Shown one piece after another: positions 16,904 to 26,541 of a stretch of DNA of 54,441 bases. The notes under the pieces are model-generated. The model was not told where the DNA came from. It ran no database searches and saw only the letters and a program-made list of their open reading frames with translations. The translations under genes and the position numbers were made by a program. Source of the stretch: an uncultured virus (IMG/VR IMGVR_UViG_3300027708_000036). Taxonomy: Duplodnaviria > Heunggongvirae > Uroviricota > Caudoviricetes. The stretch lies in IMG/VR virus record IMGVR_UViG_3300027708_000036; one strand, given 5' to 3'. Positions within the stretch are counted from its first letter, which is position 1; each line of letters begins with the position of its first letter.

Positions 16904-19900
16904 TGAATTTGCACTATGGTATTGTAGAAAATAGACAAGATCCACTATCACTTGGTCGTTGTCAAGTGCGTGTAGTTGGATTGCATACGCATGATAAGTC
17001 TTTACTTCCAACTGCAGAACTCCCATGGGCGACTCCAGTTCAGCCTGTAACTTCTGCAGCAATGAATGGTATTGGTCATACTCCAATTGGACCAGTTGAA
17101 GGAACTACTGTTATTGTGGTATTTCCAGACCACGATAAACAACAACCAATTATTCTTGGAACACTTGGTGGAATTCCATCAACTCCACTACCAATCGATG
17201 CTGAAGATGGCGGATCAGTAGTAGATGAAAAAGTAGAGAGCATAACACTACGAACAATTCCTGGACCAGTTACTGGAAAAATACTAACCTTTGCTGATAC
17301 TGAAGAAGGCAGAGTTGACTTAACTCGTTCACTAAAAGCCAATATGAAAGTTATTGGTTTTGGTCTTCCAGATGGAACAACAATCGTTAGTATTAATAAT
17401 GGAACTCAGATTACAATTAGTAATTCTGTTGTTAATTATGCAGAAAATATTATTACATTCCAAGCAGCACCGACTAACTTAGAAGCAGTAAACAAAAGTA
17501 AAAATGCGAATGTGCTGACAGATAGTTCTGGTAATCCAGTTACTACTGGATTTGGTGGAGTAGTTACTACAACTCCAGACGCATCACCAAGTGTTGGTGC
17601 CACTCCATCATCGAGTGTGACTAATAATGCAATTCCAACAATACCACCAGCCAAGTCTGTAACAAATACAGCAAAAGCCACAGAAGGTATTAAAGCACTT
17701 ATTGCTGCATGTGATAAAGTTGGACTTACTACCAAAGAACAGAAGTGTGCTTTGCTTGGTATTGCTGGTGGCGAAACAGGATGGATTCCTCAGTTAGAAT
17801 CGTATAACTATACTCCTTCTCGTATGAAGGCAATCTATTCATTTGCCACAGAAGATGATATTTCAAAGTATTCAAACGCATCAAAGCGTGGTCTATCCAG
17901 AGCAGAGTTTTTCTCATGGGCATATGGACCAACAAAACGTGGTAAAGGTTTTCTTGGTAATCTAACAGATGACGATGGTGGAAAGTATTTTGGTCGTGGA
18001 TTTATTCAGCTGACTGGTAAAGGTAACTATCAGAAATATCAAACTCTTGCAAATAACATGGGTTTGAATATTGATATTGTAAATAATCCAGATTCTCTTG
18101 ATGACGACATTAATGTATCAGCATTGGTTGCTGCACTTTACATTAAAGATAGAGTATCGGCTAAAGTTAATGCTAATTCACACCCTGGATACTTCCAAGC
18201 AGCAAAGGCTGCAGTTGGAGTAAATTCACCAGATATTGCTGCACGTAAATTATCTTACTATGAATATTTCTATGGCGCAGTTGGTAATAGTGGTTCAGAT
18301 AAAGATGCTGCAGCACCAATTCCAGAGCCACCAGCAGATGGTTCTAAACCAACTCCTGGACCATCTGAGGATAGTAAAGCAACTGGTTCTGATGCAATTG
18401 GGTTTAGAGATCCAAACAATAAGTATCCACTAAAAGAATATATCAACGAACCAGACACTAATCGTTTGGCACGAGGAATTATTCAAGGAACTGTTGTCAA
18501 GAAAAAAGATGCCGTAAGAAGATTAGATGTTCCTAAAGCCATTGATAATGGTTCATGGGATCAACCAGAGCCACCATACGGAGCAAAGTATCCGTACAAT
18601 AAAGTATTTGAAACTGAATCTGGACATATCCAAGAATTTGATGATACTCCAGGACAAGAACGTATCCATATGTACCATCGTGCAGGGACATTCAGTGAAA
18701 TTGATGCGAACGGCACACAGGTAAATTACATTGTTGGTGATAACTTTACTATCATGGAACGTAATGGATGTATTCATGTTGCTGGTGAGTGTAACATTAC
18801 TGTTGACGGTAATACAAATATCTATGCACGAACAGATGCTAATATTCAAGTAGAACAAAATGCCACTATTAAAGTTGGTAACAATTTAGATATTGGTGTT
18901 GCCAACGATACAACTATGGCTATTGGTGGTGACTTTAAAGTTAAAGTTGCTGGTGATTATAGTATTGAGGCAGCAAATATCTATGAGAAGTCAGATGCAG
19001 TTTATAAAGTCGATGCAGCGTCTGATCTATCACTTAAAGCAGGTGCAGATTATTCTGCCGATGTTGGTGGTAGTCTTTCTATGCAATCTGCTGGTGGTTT
19101 AGATGTTCTCGGCAATACAGTAAATATTGAATCTACTGGAAGTATGAATATACTTGCTGGTGGAACTCTATCTGCAGATTATACTCAAGGACAGTTTGGT
19201 AATGGCGCAAGTGGTTCTTCCACTAATGCAGTTAGTGCGCTTGCTGCAGTTGAACTTACTCCACCTGTTGCTGGTAAACCACTCAATCCTATTGTTCCTT
19301 ACTTTATTCCACCAGAACGTGCATTTGAAGAAAGAACTACTGCTGAAACTCCAGATGATTGGGATACACCAGAAGGTCGTGCAATCTCAAATAAAGAATC
19401 ACGTGAGAATGGTGTTGCTGTTCCAGTAGTTCCAGTTGCTGAAGACTCCGCTGCACCAAGTGGTGGTGCTGCAGCTGCTGCACCTGTTGATTGTAAAGTA
19501 ATTTACAATACAACAAACTTTACCAATGACTACAGACTATCCACCAACTTTACATTGGGTATGTTAATTGATGGTGGTGTGAATGGTAAACATAAACTTG
19601 TAGACCAGATGCTTCAGGATACTGCAAAGGGTCAACTAAGACAATATACTGTTCAAGAAGTTGTATGTAATCTTGCCATGGTTGCTCAGAATATTCTTGA
19701 ACCATTACTTGAAATCCTTCCAGGAGGCATTGGTGGCTATAAAAAGACATGGAAGATTAACTCTGGCTATCGTCTAAAAGGTGTTGTTCCACAAGAATCT
19801 GCCACGTCAGACCATTGCAAAGGACAGGCTGTTGATATCGGTTTAGTGAATAGCACATACGATAAACTCTATAACTTTGTGGTCTCTGCAGAGAAGATTC

Positions 19901-20094
19901 TTCCATATGATCAGATTATTTTAGAGTATCGTTACCCTTCTTCACATTGGATGCATGTAAGTTATAAGATGGATGCTAGAAGAAAGATGGCATTTACGAT
20001 GTTGAATGATAAGACTTATAAGAGAAACACAGCTGGTGTTCCACAAGGATTCTATCTTTTAGATACAATTCCACAACCAACTAGGACTGCATAA
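16903..20094 (+). CDS. 5: Baseplate spike gp5 with OB-fold, GH19 domain, beta-helix and C-terminal peptidase M15-like domain
   Basis: DPLSLGRCQVRVVG; GRGFIQLTGKGNY; YPYNKVFETESGHIQEFDDTPG; INSGYR..SDHCKGQAVD..WMHVS. Confidence 0.9.
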   Translation: MNLHYGIVENRQDPLSLGRCQVRVVGLHTHDKSLLPTAELPWATPVQPVTSAAMNGIGHTPIGPVEGTTVIVVFPDHDKQQPIILGTLGGIPSTPLPIDAEDGGSVVDEKVESITLRTIPGPVTGKILTFADTEEGRVDLTRSLKANMKVIGFGLPDGTTIVSINNGTQITISNSVVNYAENIITFQAAPTNLEAVNKSKNANVLTDSSGNPVTTGFGGVVTTTPDASPSVGATPSSSVTNNAIPTIPPAKSVTNTAKATEGIKALIAACDKVGLTTKEQKCALLGIAGGETGWIPQLESYNYTPSRMKAIYSFATEDDISKYSNASKRGLSRAEFFSWAYGPTKRGKGFLGNLTDDDGGKYFGRGFIQLTGKGNYQKYQTLANNMGLNIDIVNNPDSLDDDINVSALVAALYIKDRVSAKVNANSHPGYFQAAKAAVGVNSPDIAARKLSYYEYFYGAVGNSGSDKDAAAPIPEPPADGSKPTPGPSEDSKATGSDAIGFRDPNNKYPLKEYINEPDTNRLARGIIQGTVVKKKDAVRRLDVPKAIDNGSWDQPEPPYGAKYPYNKVFETESGHIQEFDDTPGQERIHMYHRAGTFSEIDANGTQVNYIVGDNFTIMERNGCIHVAGECNITVDGNTNIYARTDANIQVEQNATIKVGNNLDIGVANDTTMAIGGDFKVKVAGDYSIEAANIYEKSDAVYKVDAASDLSLKAGADYSADVGGSLSMQSAGGLDVLGNTVNIESTGSMNILAGGTLSADYTQGQFGNGASGSSTNAVSALAAVELTPPVAGKPLNPIVPYFIPPERAFEERTTAETPDDWDTPEGRAISNKESRENGVAVPVVPVAEDSAAPSGGAAAAAPVDCKVIYNTTNFTNDYRLSTNFTLGMLIDGGVNGKHKLVDQMLQDTAKGQLRQYTVQEVVCNLAMVAQNILEPLLEILPGGIGGYKKTWKINSGYRLKGVVPQESATSDHCKGQAVDIGLVNSTYDKLYNFVVSAEKILPYDQIILEYRYPSSHWMHVSYKMDARRKMAFTMLNDKTYKRNTAGVPQGFYLLDTIPQPTRTA

Positions 20095-20390
20095 TGGGTG
20101 GATTTGCTAAAGAGGGAGATTTGTCGCAAGGTATAGATGGACCAGCAACTGCTCTAACTTTTAGAAATCAAGCAGTTAAAACCTTTGTTCAGGGGATGAG
20201 AATAGCACTCGTGGGAGACCAGTATCAACCTCATACTGTTGGTAGAACGACTCATACTGGTGCTCAACGAGAAATTATAACTGGATCTGCTAAAACTTTC
20301 TTTGAGGGAAGAGCAGTTGCAAGATATGGAGATCAAATAGCAGATGGAGATCTAGTGGGTGGGAATGGCTTCAACACTTTTATAGAATAA
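20094..20390 (+). CDS. PAAR-like spike tip protein (gp5.4)
   Basis: GD-containing repeats, GSAKTFFEGRAVARYGD; directly after gp5. Confidence 0.8.
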   Translation: MGGFAKEGDLSQGIDGPATALTFRNQAVKTFVQGMRIALVGDQYQPHTVGRTTHTGAQREIITGSAKTFFEGRAVARYGDQIADGDLVGGNGFNTFIE

Positions 20391-20404
20391 CCTAAATAAA
20401 GAAT

Positions 20405-20797
20405 ATGGCAAGAAATACAAGAATTTTCTCAGATTTAGATTTGAATTTCACTGCTCACCCAGTGACTAAGGACATTTCACGTAGATACGATGAAAATGCA
20501 ATTAAAACTTCCCTTAAAAATCTAATTCTAACCAGAAATTTTGAGCGACCATTCCATAGTGAAATCGGCTCGCCAATCAACGCATTATTATTCGAACCAC
20601 CATCACCGATGTTAAACATCACTCTCCAGAGAGCCATTGTTGATGTGGTCAATAACTTTGAACCAAGAGTAGACTTACTGGATGTTAGCGTTCTTAGCAG
20701 TCCAGATGAAAATTCATTGTATGTTACTATTACCTTTAAGATAGTAAATACACAACAACCTCTAACTCTAGATTTAACCTTAGAGAGAACTCGATAA
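20405..20797 (+). CDS. 25: Baseplate wedge protein gp25
   Basis: FSDLDLNF, AIKTSLKNLILT..ERPF..EIGS, FEPRV. Confidence 0.95.
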   Translation: MARNTRIFSDLDLNFTAHPVTKDISRRYDENAIKTSLKNLILTRNFERPFHSEIGSPINALLFEPPSPMLNITLQRAIVDVVNNFEPRVDLLDVSVLSSPDENSLYVTITFKIVNTQQPLTLDLTLERTR

Positions 20798-22627
20798 ATG
20801 GAAAATAAAAAAATAAGCGTCTCTGAATTAGATTTTGACCAGATCAAATCTAATCTAAAGACATTTTTACAGGGACAAAATGAGTTTTCGGACTACGATT
20901 TTGAAGGTTCAGGTATGTCCGTGTTGTTGGATGTTCTGGCTTACAATACTCACTATCATTCTCTTTATACAAACCTTGCTGTAAACGAAATGTTCTTGGA
21001 CTCTGCTCGTAAGAGATCCAGCGTAGTTTCTTTGGCCAAGATGCTTGGTTATCTTCCAAGATCTTCTCGTGCACCAACAGCCACAGTAAACATCACAGTA
21101 TCTGCTCCAACTGGTAGTCCATCTTCTTTAACATTAGCTGCAAATAGTGCATTTTCTTCTATTGTTGATGGTGTGACATATACATTTTATAATACCCAAG
21201 CAACTACAATTATTCCAAATACTTCTGGTGCTTATATCTTTCAAAATGTTTCTTTGGTTCAAGGGACTCCATTAACATATAATTATACAGTTGCTACTGG
21301 AAGTCGTTTTATTATTCCAAACGCAGATGTAGATATTTCTACACTTACAGTTCGTGTTCAAGAAACCTCAGGATCTACTGCATATACATCTTATGTGTTT
21401 GCCAATAATATCACTGAAGTTGGTCCAACCACTCGTGCTTTCTTTTTGAAAGAAATTGACGACCAGTTATTTGAAGTATACTTTGGTGATGGGATTGTAG
21501 GGTATAAACCTGCGACTGGTAATATTGTATTGTTTAATTACTTTGTCACAGATAAAACTTTAGCCAATGGCGCACGTGTCTTTACTTTTGATGGAACAGG
21601 TATCGGTGGTGGCACTGTTTCAGTCAACACAGTTACTGCTGCACAGGGTGGACAAGACATTGAAGATATCGATTCTATTCGTTTCAATGCTCCAAGAAAT
21701 TACTCTGCTCAGAATCGTGCTGTTACAGCCGAAGATTATAAAGTTATTCTTCCACAACTATTTGCAAACATCGACTCAATTAATGTCTGGGGTGGTGAGG
21801 ATAATAATCCTCCAGTTTATGGTAAAGCATTCATTGCTATCAAACCACTCTCAGGTGAAACTCTTTCTAATGCTACCAAAGAACAAATTACAACTACGAT
21901 TCTTAAAGGTAGAAATGTAGTATCAATTATTCCAGAAGTCGTTGATGCTCAATATCTTTATATTATTCCAACTACAACTTTATACTATAATCCTCAACAA
22001 ACAAATAGATCTGAAGAACAACTTAAAACATTAGTTCGTGATACTATTGTAAATTACAATCAAACAGATCTTAATCGCTTTGATGGAATGTTTAGATTCT
22101 CAAAACTATCTCGTTTGATTGATGCTTCTGAAGAATCTATTTTAAGTAACATTACTACACTCGTTCTAAAAAGATCATTCACTCCAACTTTTAATACTAG
22201 AACTTCTTATGTTATCACTATTGATAATCCAATTTATACAGAAGGTGTTCCAGAAGGTGCTGTGACATCTGATGCCTTTACTATTGAAGGATCAAGTGAA
22301 ACATTCTATTTTGAAGATGATGGTGTTGGTGCTATTCGTTTGTATTACTTTGTTGGTGCAGGTACTAAGAGATACATAAACGCTAACTTAGGAACAGTAA
22401 ACTATACTACTGGTGCAATAACACTAAACGATATTAATATTACATCTGCAACAAATAATGAAATTACCATTACGATTAAACCATCGTCAAACGATGTTGT
22501 TTCAGTTAGAAGTCAGTTGGCTTTAATTGCTGAAGAACAAATTGTTGTAAATGCTGTTGTTGATAAAGTTGCCTCAGGTGAGACCTCTGGCGGATCAAAT
22601 TATATCTTCACCTCAAGTCGTAGCTAA
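20798..22627 (+). CDS. 6: Baseplate wedge protein gp6
   Basis: ELDFDQIK, DYDFEGS, LAYNTHY, FGDGIVG, QNRAVTAEDY, WGGEDN.PP.YG. Confidence 0.96.
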   Translation: MENKKISVSELDFDQIKSNLKTFLQGQNEFSDYDFEGSGMSVLLDVLAYNTHYHSLYTNLAVNEMFLDSARKRSSVVSLAKMLGYLPRSSRAPTATVNITVSAPTGSPSSLTLAANSAFSSIVDGVTYTFYNTQATTIIPNTSGAYIFQNVSLVQGTPLTYNYTVATGSRFIIPNADVDISTLTVRVQETSGSTAYTSYVFANNITEVGPTTRAFFLKEIDDQLFEVYFGDGIVGYKPATGNIVLFNYFVTDKTLANGARVFTFDGTGIGGGTVSVNTVTAAQGGQDIEDIDSIRFNAPRNYSAQNRAVTAEDYKVILPQLFANIDSINVWGGEDNNPPVYGKAFIAIKPLSGETLSNATKEQITTTILKGRNVVSIIPEVVDAQYLYIIPTTTLYYNPQQTNRSEEQLKTLVRDTIVNYNQTDLNRFDGMFRFSKLSRLIDASEESILSNITTLVLKRSFTPTFNTRTSYVITIDNPIYTEGVPEGAVTSDAFTIEGSSETFYFEDDGVGAIRLYYFVGAGTKRYINANLGTVNYTTGAITLNDINITSATNNEITITIKPSSNDVVSVRSQLALIAEEQIVVNAVVDKVASGETSGGSNYIFTSSRS

Positions 22628-22629
22628 TA

Positions 22630-25035
22630 ATGGCACTCGTAAAAACAAAAGTATCATCAGTCGTATCTAGACAAGTCCCCGAATTTATTCGTGAGGATAA
22701 TGCACAGTTCATTTCATTCTTAGAAGCATACTATGAGTTTCTAGAACAAACTGAGAAACGAGATCTCGGAAGTACTCGAGATATTGATGATACTGTTGAT
22801 AGTTTTATTCAGTATTTTAGAAATGAAGTATTGTTGCATGTTCCTATTTCTGTACTATCAGATAAACGCTATCTTGCCAAACAGATACATGAAGTTTATC
22901 GTTCCAAGGGTACAATAAAGTCTTACGAATTCTTATTCAGAATTTTATTCAATGAAACTCCACAGCTATATTTCCCTAAAGTTGACATGCTCCGTTTGTC
23001 AGATGGTAAATGGGATCAGGCTGTTGTTATTCGTTGTACTGAAACTACTGGAAACTCTTTCAATCTTATTGGTCAGACTATTAGTCAGGGTATAACTCGT
23101 GGTAGTGTAGAATCAGTTATTAAATTTCAAATCGGTTCTGATACTATTGCTGAATTGACACTCAATGAAAAGAGTATTGTTGGAACATTTAATACAACAG
23201 ATTCAATTACAGGATTAGACAATACTACTAATACCAGTATCACACTAGATGTTTTATCAGTAATTACAAATTTTGAAATTAATAGAAATGGTTCATACTA
23301 CAGAGTTGGCGATCCAATTGATTTAATTTCTGGATCTGGAACTGATGCTCAGATTGAAGTGACCAACATTGGTTACGGATCGATTGACAATATCATTATT
23401 GATTCTCCAGGATCTGGATATACCATTGGAACAGAATTAACATTTAATAATACCGATGCAGGAGATTCAGGTGATTCTCTTATAACGGCAAAAGCAATTA
23501 TTACTGACATTGACGTAGATTCCATTCTTATGGAAAACGGATCTAAATTATTAAGTGAGCAAAGAGATCAATTTGACTTAGAAAATGTTACCACAGGTGG
23601 TATTAAAGCAGTTTCGCTTTTAACTGGTGGATTCTATTATAGAAAACTTCCTATTGTTTCTGCCACTGGTGGTACTGGTGCTAAACTAATTGCAACTGGT
23701 AATGGTATTGGTAGAGTTACCAGAGTTGGTATTACAAATCCAGGAGCACGATATGAGACTGCTCCAATTGCACTGTTTCCATATAATATCGTTGTCAAAG
23801 ACATAACTGGCTCATTTACAGTTGGTGATTCTATTTCGGTTCTACCACAAACAATGTCTTTAGATACAGATGTTGATAGTGAGTTGCTTCTTGAGACTGG
23901 CGATAAAATTGTTTTAGAGAGCCAGCAAAACCCGAGCGGAACTATTTACTCGTATGATACTGATAGAAACTTAATAACATTATATCCCACTTCAGATAGA
24001 ATCGTAACTAGATTAGAAAATGATACAGGTTATTTACTATCAGAAGATGGAAAAACATTTGTAAATGAATCTTCTGGTCAATTCGAAACATATCAGACAA
24101 TAACAAATTCTGCTGGAGCGACAGCCAAAATTATTTCTGGATCTGGAAACCATGCTGAAGCCACAGGTGTTATCGGTGCTCTTAGCCGAACTCTTGGTAA
24201 GTTTATTAACGCTGATGGTAAAGTTTCTGAGTCTTCAAAGAAAATTCAAGACTCACTATTCTATCAAGAGTATTCTTATGTTATTAAAGTTGGTCAGTCT
24301 ATTGACAAGTATCGTGACGCTGTTAAGAAACTACTACATCCAATTGGTCTTGCTCTATTCGGTGAGGTTACAGTTCAATCATTAGTTAGTTCTCCATCGA
24401 ATATAACTCTACAAGTATCTGAACTGCTAAAAACTATTCGTCTATTCTTGGATATGAAGATGCGAGCAGTTGGTAATTACAGAAGAATGGGGTATGAAGA
24501 TAATTCTGCCTTAGACAAAGAACAGATAACTCTGGTCATCACGGACTTTATTGCAAGCGTTCTTAGCCTTAAGACTACCACCTCTGAGTTCTTGCCAACG
24601 CTGGTATTCCCAAATCTTTCTCCTGCAGAAATTCATTTATTGGATCTTCGTGCAGAAGTCGGAGAGTCTTACAAAGTTATCTACCACAAGACATTTGGTC
24701 AAACGATACCGACTTATATTAGTTCGTTTGCCAATTTAGAATTAAGATCTAGTCCATGGGCTGGATCGACACAACTTGGACCAACTTTTGGATGGTTAGA
24801 AAGATGGAAATTTACAGTTCCACCATATGTGGCTGGAACTAAAGAATCTATAGGTGTTTATAGAGACGCATGGAGCCAGAACTATACTGGAACTGATAAT
24901 TCTGGTTACTGGGATACATACGCAAACACTCAGATAAAAGACTTTGCTGATGTTATCATCTCGGATGTTATAAATAATCCTAATAGAAGAACAAACTATA
25001 ACAAAGAAGCGTATATTAACATAATTAAAACTTGA
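22630..25035 (+). CDS. Baseplate wedge initiator gp7-like
   Basis: QVPEFIRED..FLEAYY, YRSKGT..SYEFLFRILF, IQDSLFYQEYSYV, LLHPIG. Confidence 0.8.
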   Translation: MALVKTKVSSVVSRQVPEFIREDNAQFISFLEAYYEFLEQTEKRDLGSTRDIDDTVDSFIQYFRNEVLLHVPISVLSDKRYLAKQIHEVYRSKGTIKSYEFLFRILFNETPQLYFPKVDMLRLSDGKWDQAVVIRCTETTGNSFNLIGQTISQGITRGSVESVIKFQIGSDTIAELTLNEKSIVGTFNTTDSITGLDNTTNTSITLDVLSVITNFEINRNGSYYRVGDPIDLISGSGTDAQIEVTNIGYGSIDNIIIDSPGSGYTIGTELTFNNTDAGDSGDSLITAKAIITDIDVDSILMENGSKLLSEQRDQFDLENVTTGGIKAVSLLTGGFYYRKLPIVSATGGTGAKLIATGNGIGRVTRVGITNPGARYETAPIALFPYNIVVKDITGSFTVGDSISVLPQTMSLDTDVDSELLLETGDKIVLESQQNPSGTIYSYDTDRNLITLYPTSDRIVTRLENDTGYLLSEDGKTFVNESSGQFETYQTITNSAGATAKIISGSGNHAEATGVIGALSRTLGKFINADGKVSESSKKIQDSLFYQEYSYVIKVGQSIDKYRDAVKKLLHPIGLALFGEVTVQSLVSSPSNITLQVSELLKTIRLFLDMKMRAVGNYRRMGYEDNSALDKEQITLVITDFIASVLSLKTTTSEFLPTLVFPNLSPAEIHLLDLRAEVGESYKVIYHKTFGQTIPTYISSFANLELRSSPWAGSTQLGPTFGWLERWKFTVPPYVAGTKESIGVYRDAWSQNYTGTDNSGYWDTYANTQIKDFADVIISDVINNPNRRTNYNKEAYINIIKT

Positions 25036-25114
25036 TCAATCAAGTCATAAATAACAAAGAATTCTAATGGTAGTTACTGAACTACCTTGTATTAATCTAT
25101 AAAAGGAAAATAAA

Positions 25115-26506
25115 ATGGCTGCAATTATAACTTCAAAATTCCGCATCCACAATGCGCAATCTTTCAAAGAAGGTTTCTCAGAAGCTGCTGCAACTAACAT
25201 GTATCTTGGTATCGGACGTCCACAATCTTGGACAAGCGATAACTCTCCAGATACTCCAAAGGACACAGTTGCTGATGAATATTACTATTGGCAAGATATG
25301 CTCGCTGTCAAGCGTGTTCAATCATCAGACGTAGCACATGCTATCCCACGTCGTGACTGGACTTCTGGTCAATATTACGACATCTATCGTCATGACTACA
25401 ATGGCACTACTGCTGGTGTAAACATCTCTTCTGGTGGTGGTACAACTCCAGCAAATCTATACGCTGCAAATTTCTTCGTTGTTACTGACGAATATAATGT
25501 CTACAAATGTTTAGACAATAGAAATACAGCAAATACAGTTATTGCTTCTACAACTAAGCCAACTGGTACTTCTACTTCAGCTATTACTACTGCTGATGGT
25601 TATGTCTGGAAATACATGTATACAATTTCTCCAGCTGATGTTATCAAGTTTGTTTCTACAGACTTTATTCCAGTTAAGACTTTGGCATCTAATCCAGGAT
25701 CCACAGATTCTTATTACAATCAGTGGTTAGTTCAAGCAGCTGCAGTTGATGGTTCTATTAACAGTGTTTTAGTGACAGCTGCAGGTACTGGTTACCTATC
25801 AACTCCAACTGTTACTATCAATGGTGACGGTACTGGTGCGACTGCCACAGCAGTTAGAGATGCAGGTAGCAATACTATTACTGCAATTAACATTACCAAT
25901 GCAGGTACAGGTTACACATACGCAACTGTTGCTATTTCTGGTGGTAGCGGTTCTTCTGCTACTGCAACTGCTTTCATTACACCAAAAGGTGGTCATGGTT
26001 ACGACCCAGTTGAAGAACTCGGTGGCTACTATGTAATGATGAACGTGCGTTTAGAGTATGATGACGGATCTGGTGACTTCCCAATTGATAACGATTATCG
26101 TCGTATCATGTTAATTCGTGACCCATACAACTACGGAACAACAACTGTTTCTACTTCTACTACTTTGAAAGCAACTAAAGAGTTGACTTTCTCTAGCGGT
26201 ACTGGTACATTCCAACAAGACGAAACTATCACTGGTGGAACATCTGGTGCAGTTGGTCGTATTGTTTCTGTCAGTGGCACAACAATTCGTTACATCCAAC
26301 TACGCACTGATAATGCTACTGGTGCAACATTCTCGACTAGCGAAACTATTACAGGTGGGACATCTTCTGCGACAGGTACTGTTGCAACTAAGACTAATCC
26401 TGAAGTTCAACCATACAGCGGTGATGTGATCTACGTTGAAAATCGTCGCCCAATTAATCGTGCAAGCGACCAGATTGAAGATATTAAAATCATCGTAGAG
26501 ATGTAA
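25115..26506 (+). CDS. 8: Baseplate wedge protein gp8
   Basis: MAAIITSKFR, VYKCLDN, DGYVWKYMY, SGDVIYVENR.PI.RASDQIEDIKII. Confidence 0.92.
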   Translation: MAAIITSKFRIHNAQSFKEGFSEAAATNMYLGIGRPQSWTSDNSPDTPKDTVADEYYYWQDMLAVKRVQSSDVAHAIPRRDWTSGQYYDIYRHDYNGTTAGVNISSGGGTTPANLYAANFFVVTDEYNVYKCLDNRNTANTVIASTTKPTGTSTSAITTADGYVWKYMYTISPADVIKFVSTDFIPVKTLASNPGSTDSYYNQWLVQAAAVDGSINSVLVTAAGTGYLSTPTVTINGDGTGATATAVRDAGSNTITAINITNAGTGYTYATVAISGGSGSSATATAFITPKGGHGYDPVEELGGYYVMMNVRLEYDDGSGDFPIDNDYRRIMLIRDPYNYGTTTVSTSTTLKATKELTFSSGTGTFQQDETITGGTSGAVGRIVSVSGTTIRYIQLRTDNATGATFSTSETITGGTSSATGTVATKTNPEVQPYSGDVIYVENRRPINRASDQIEDIKIIVEM

Positions 26507-26541
26507 ATAAATAATAAGTAAAGTTTAATAGAGAAACTATA

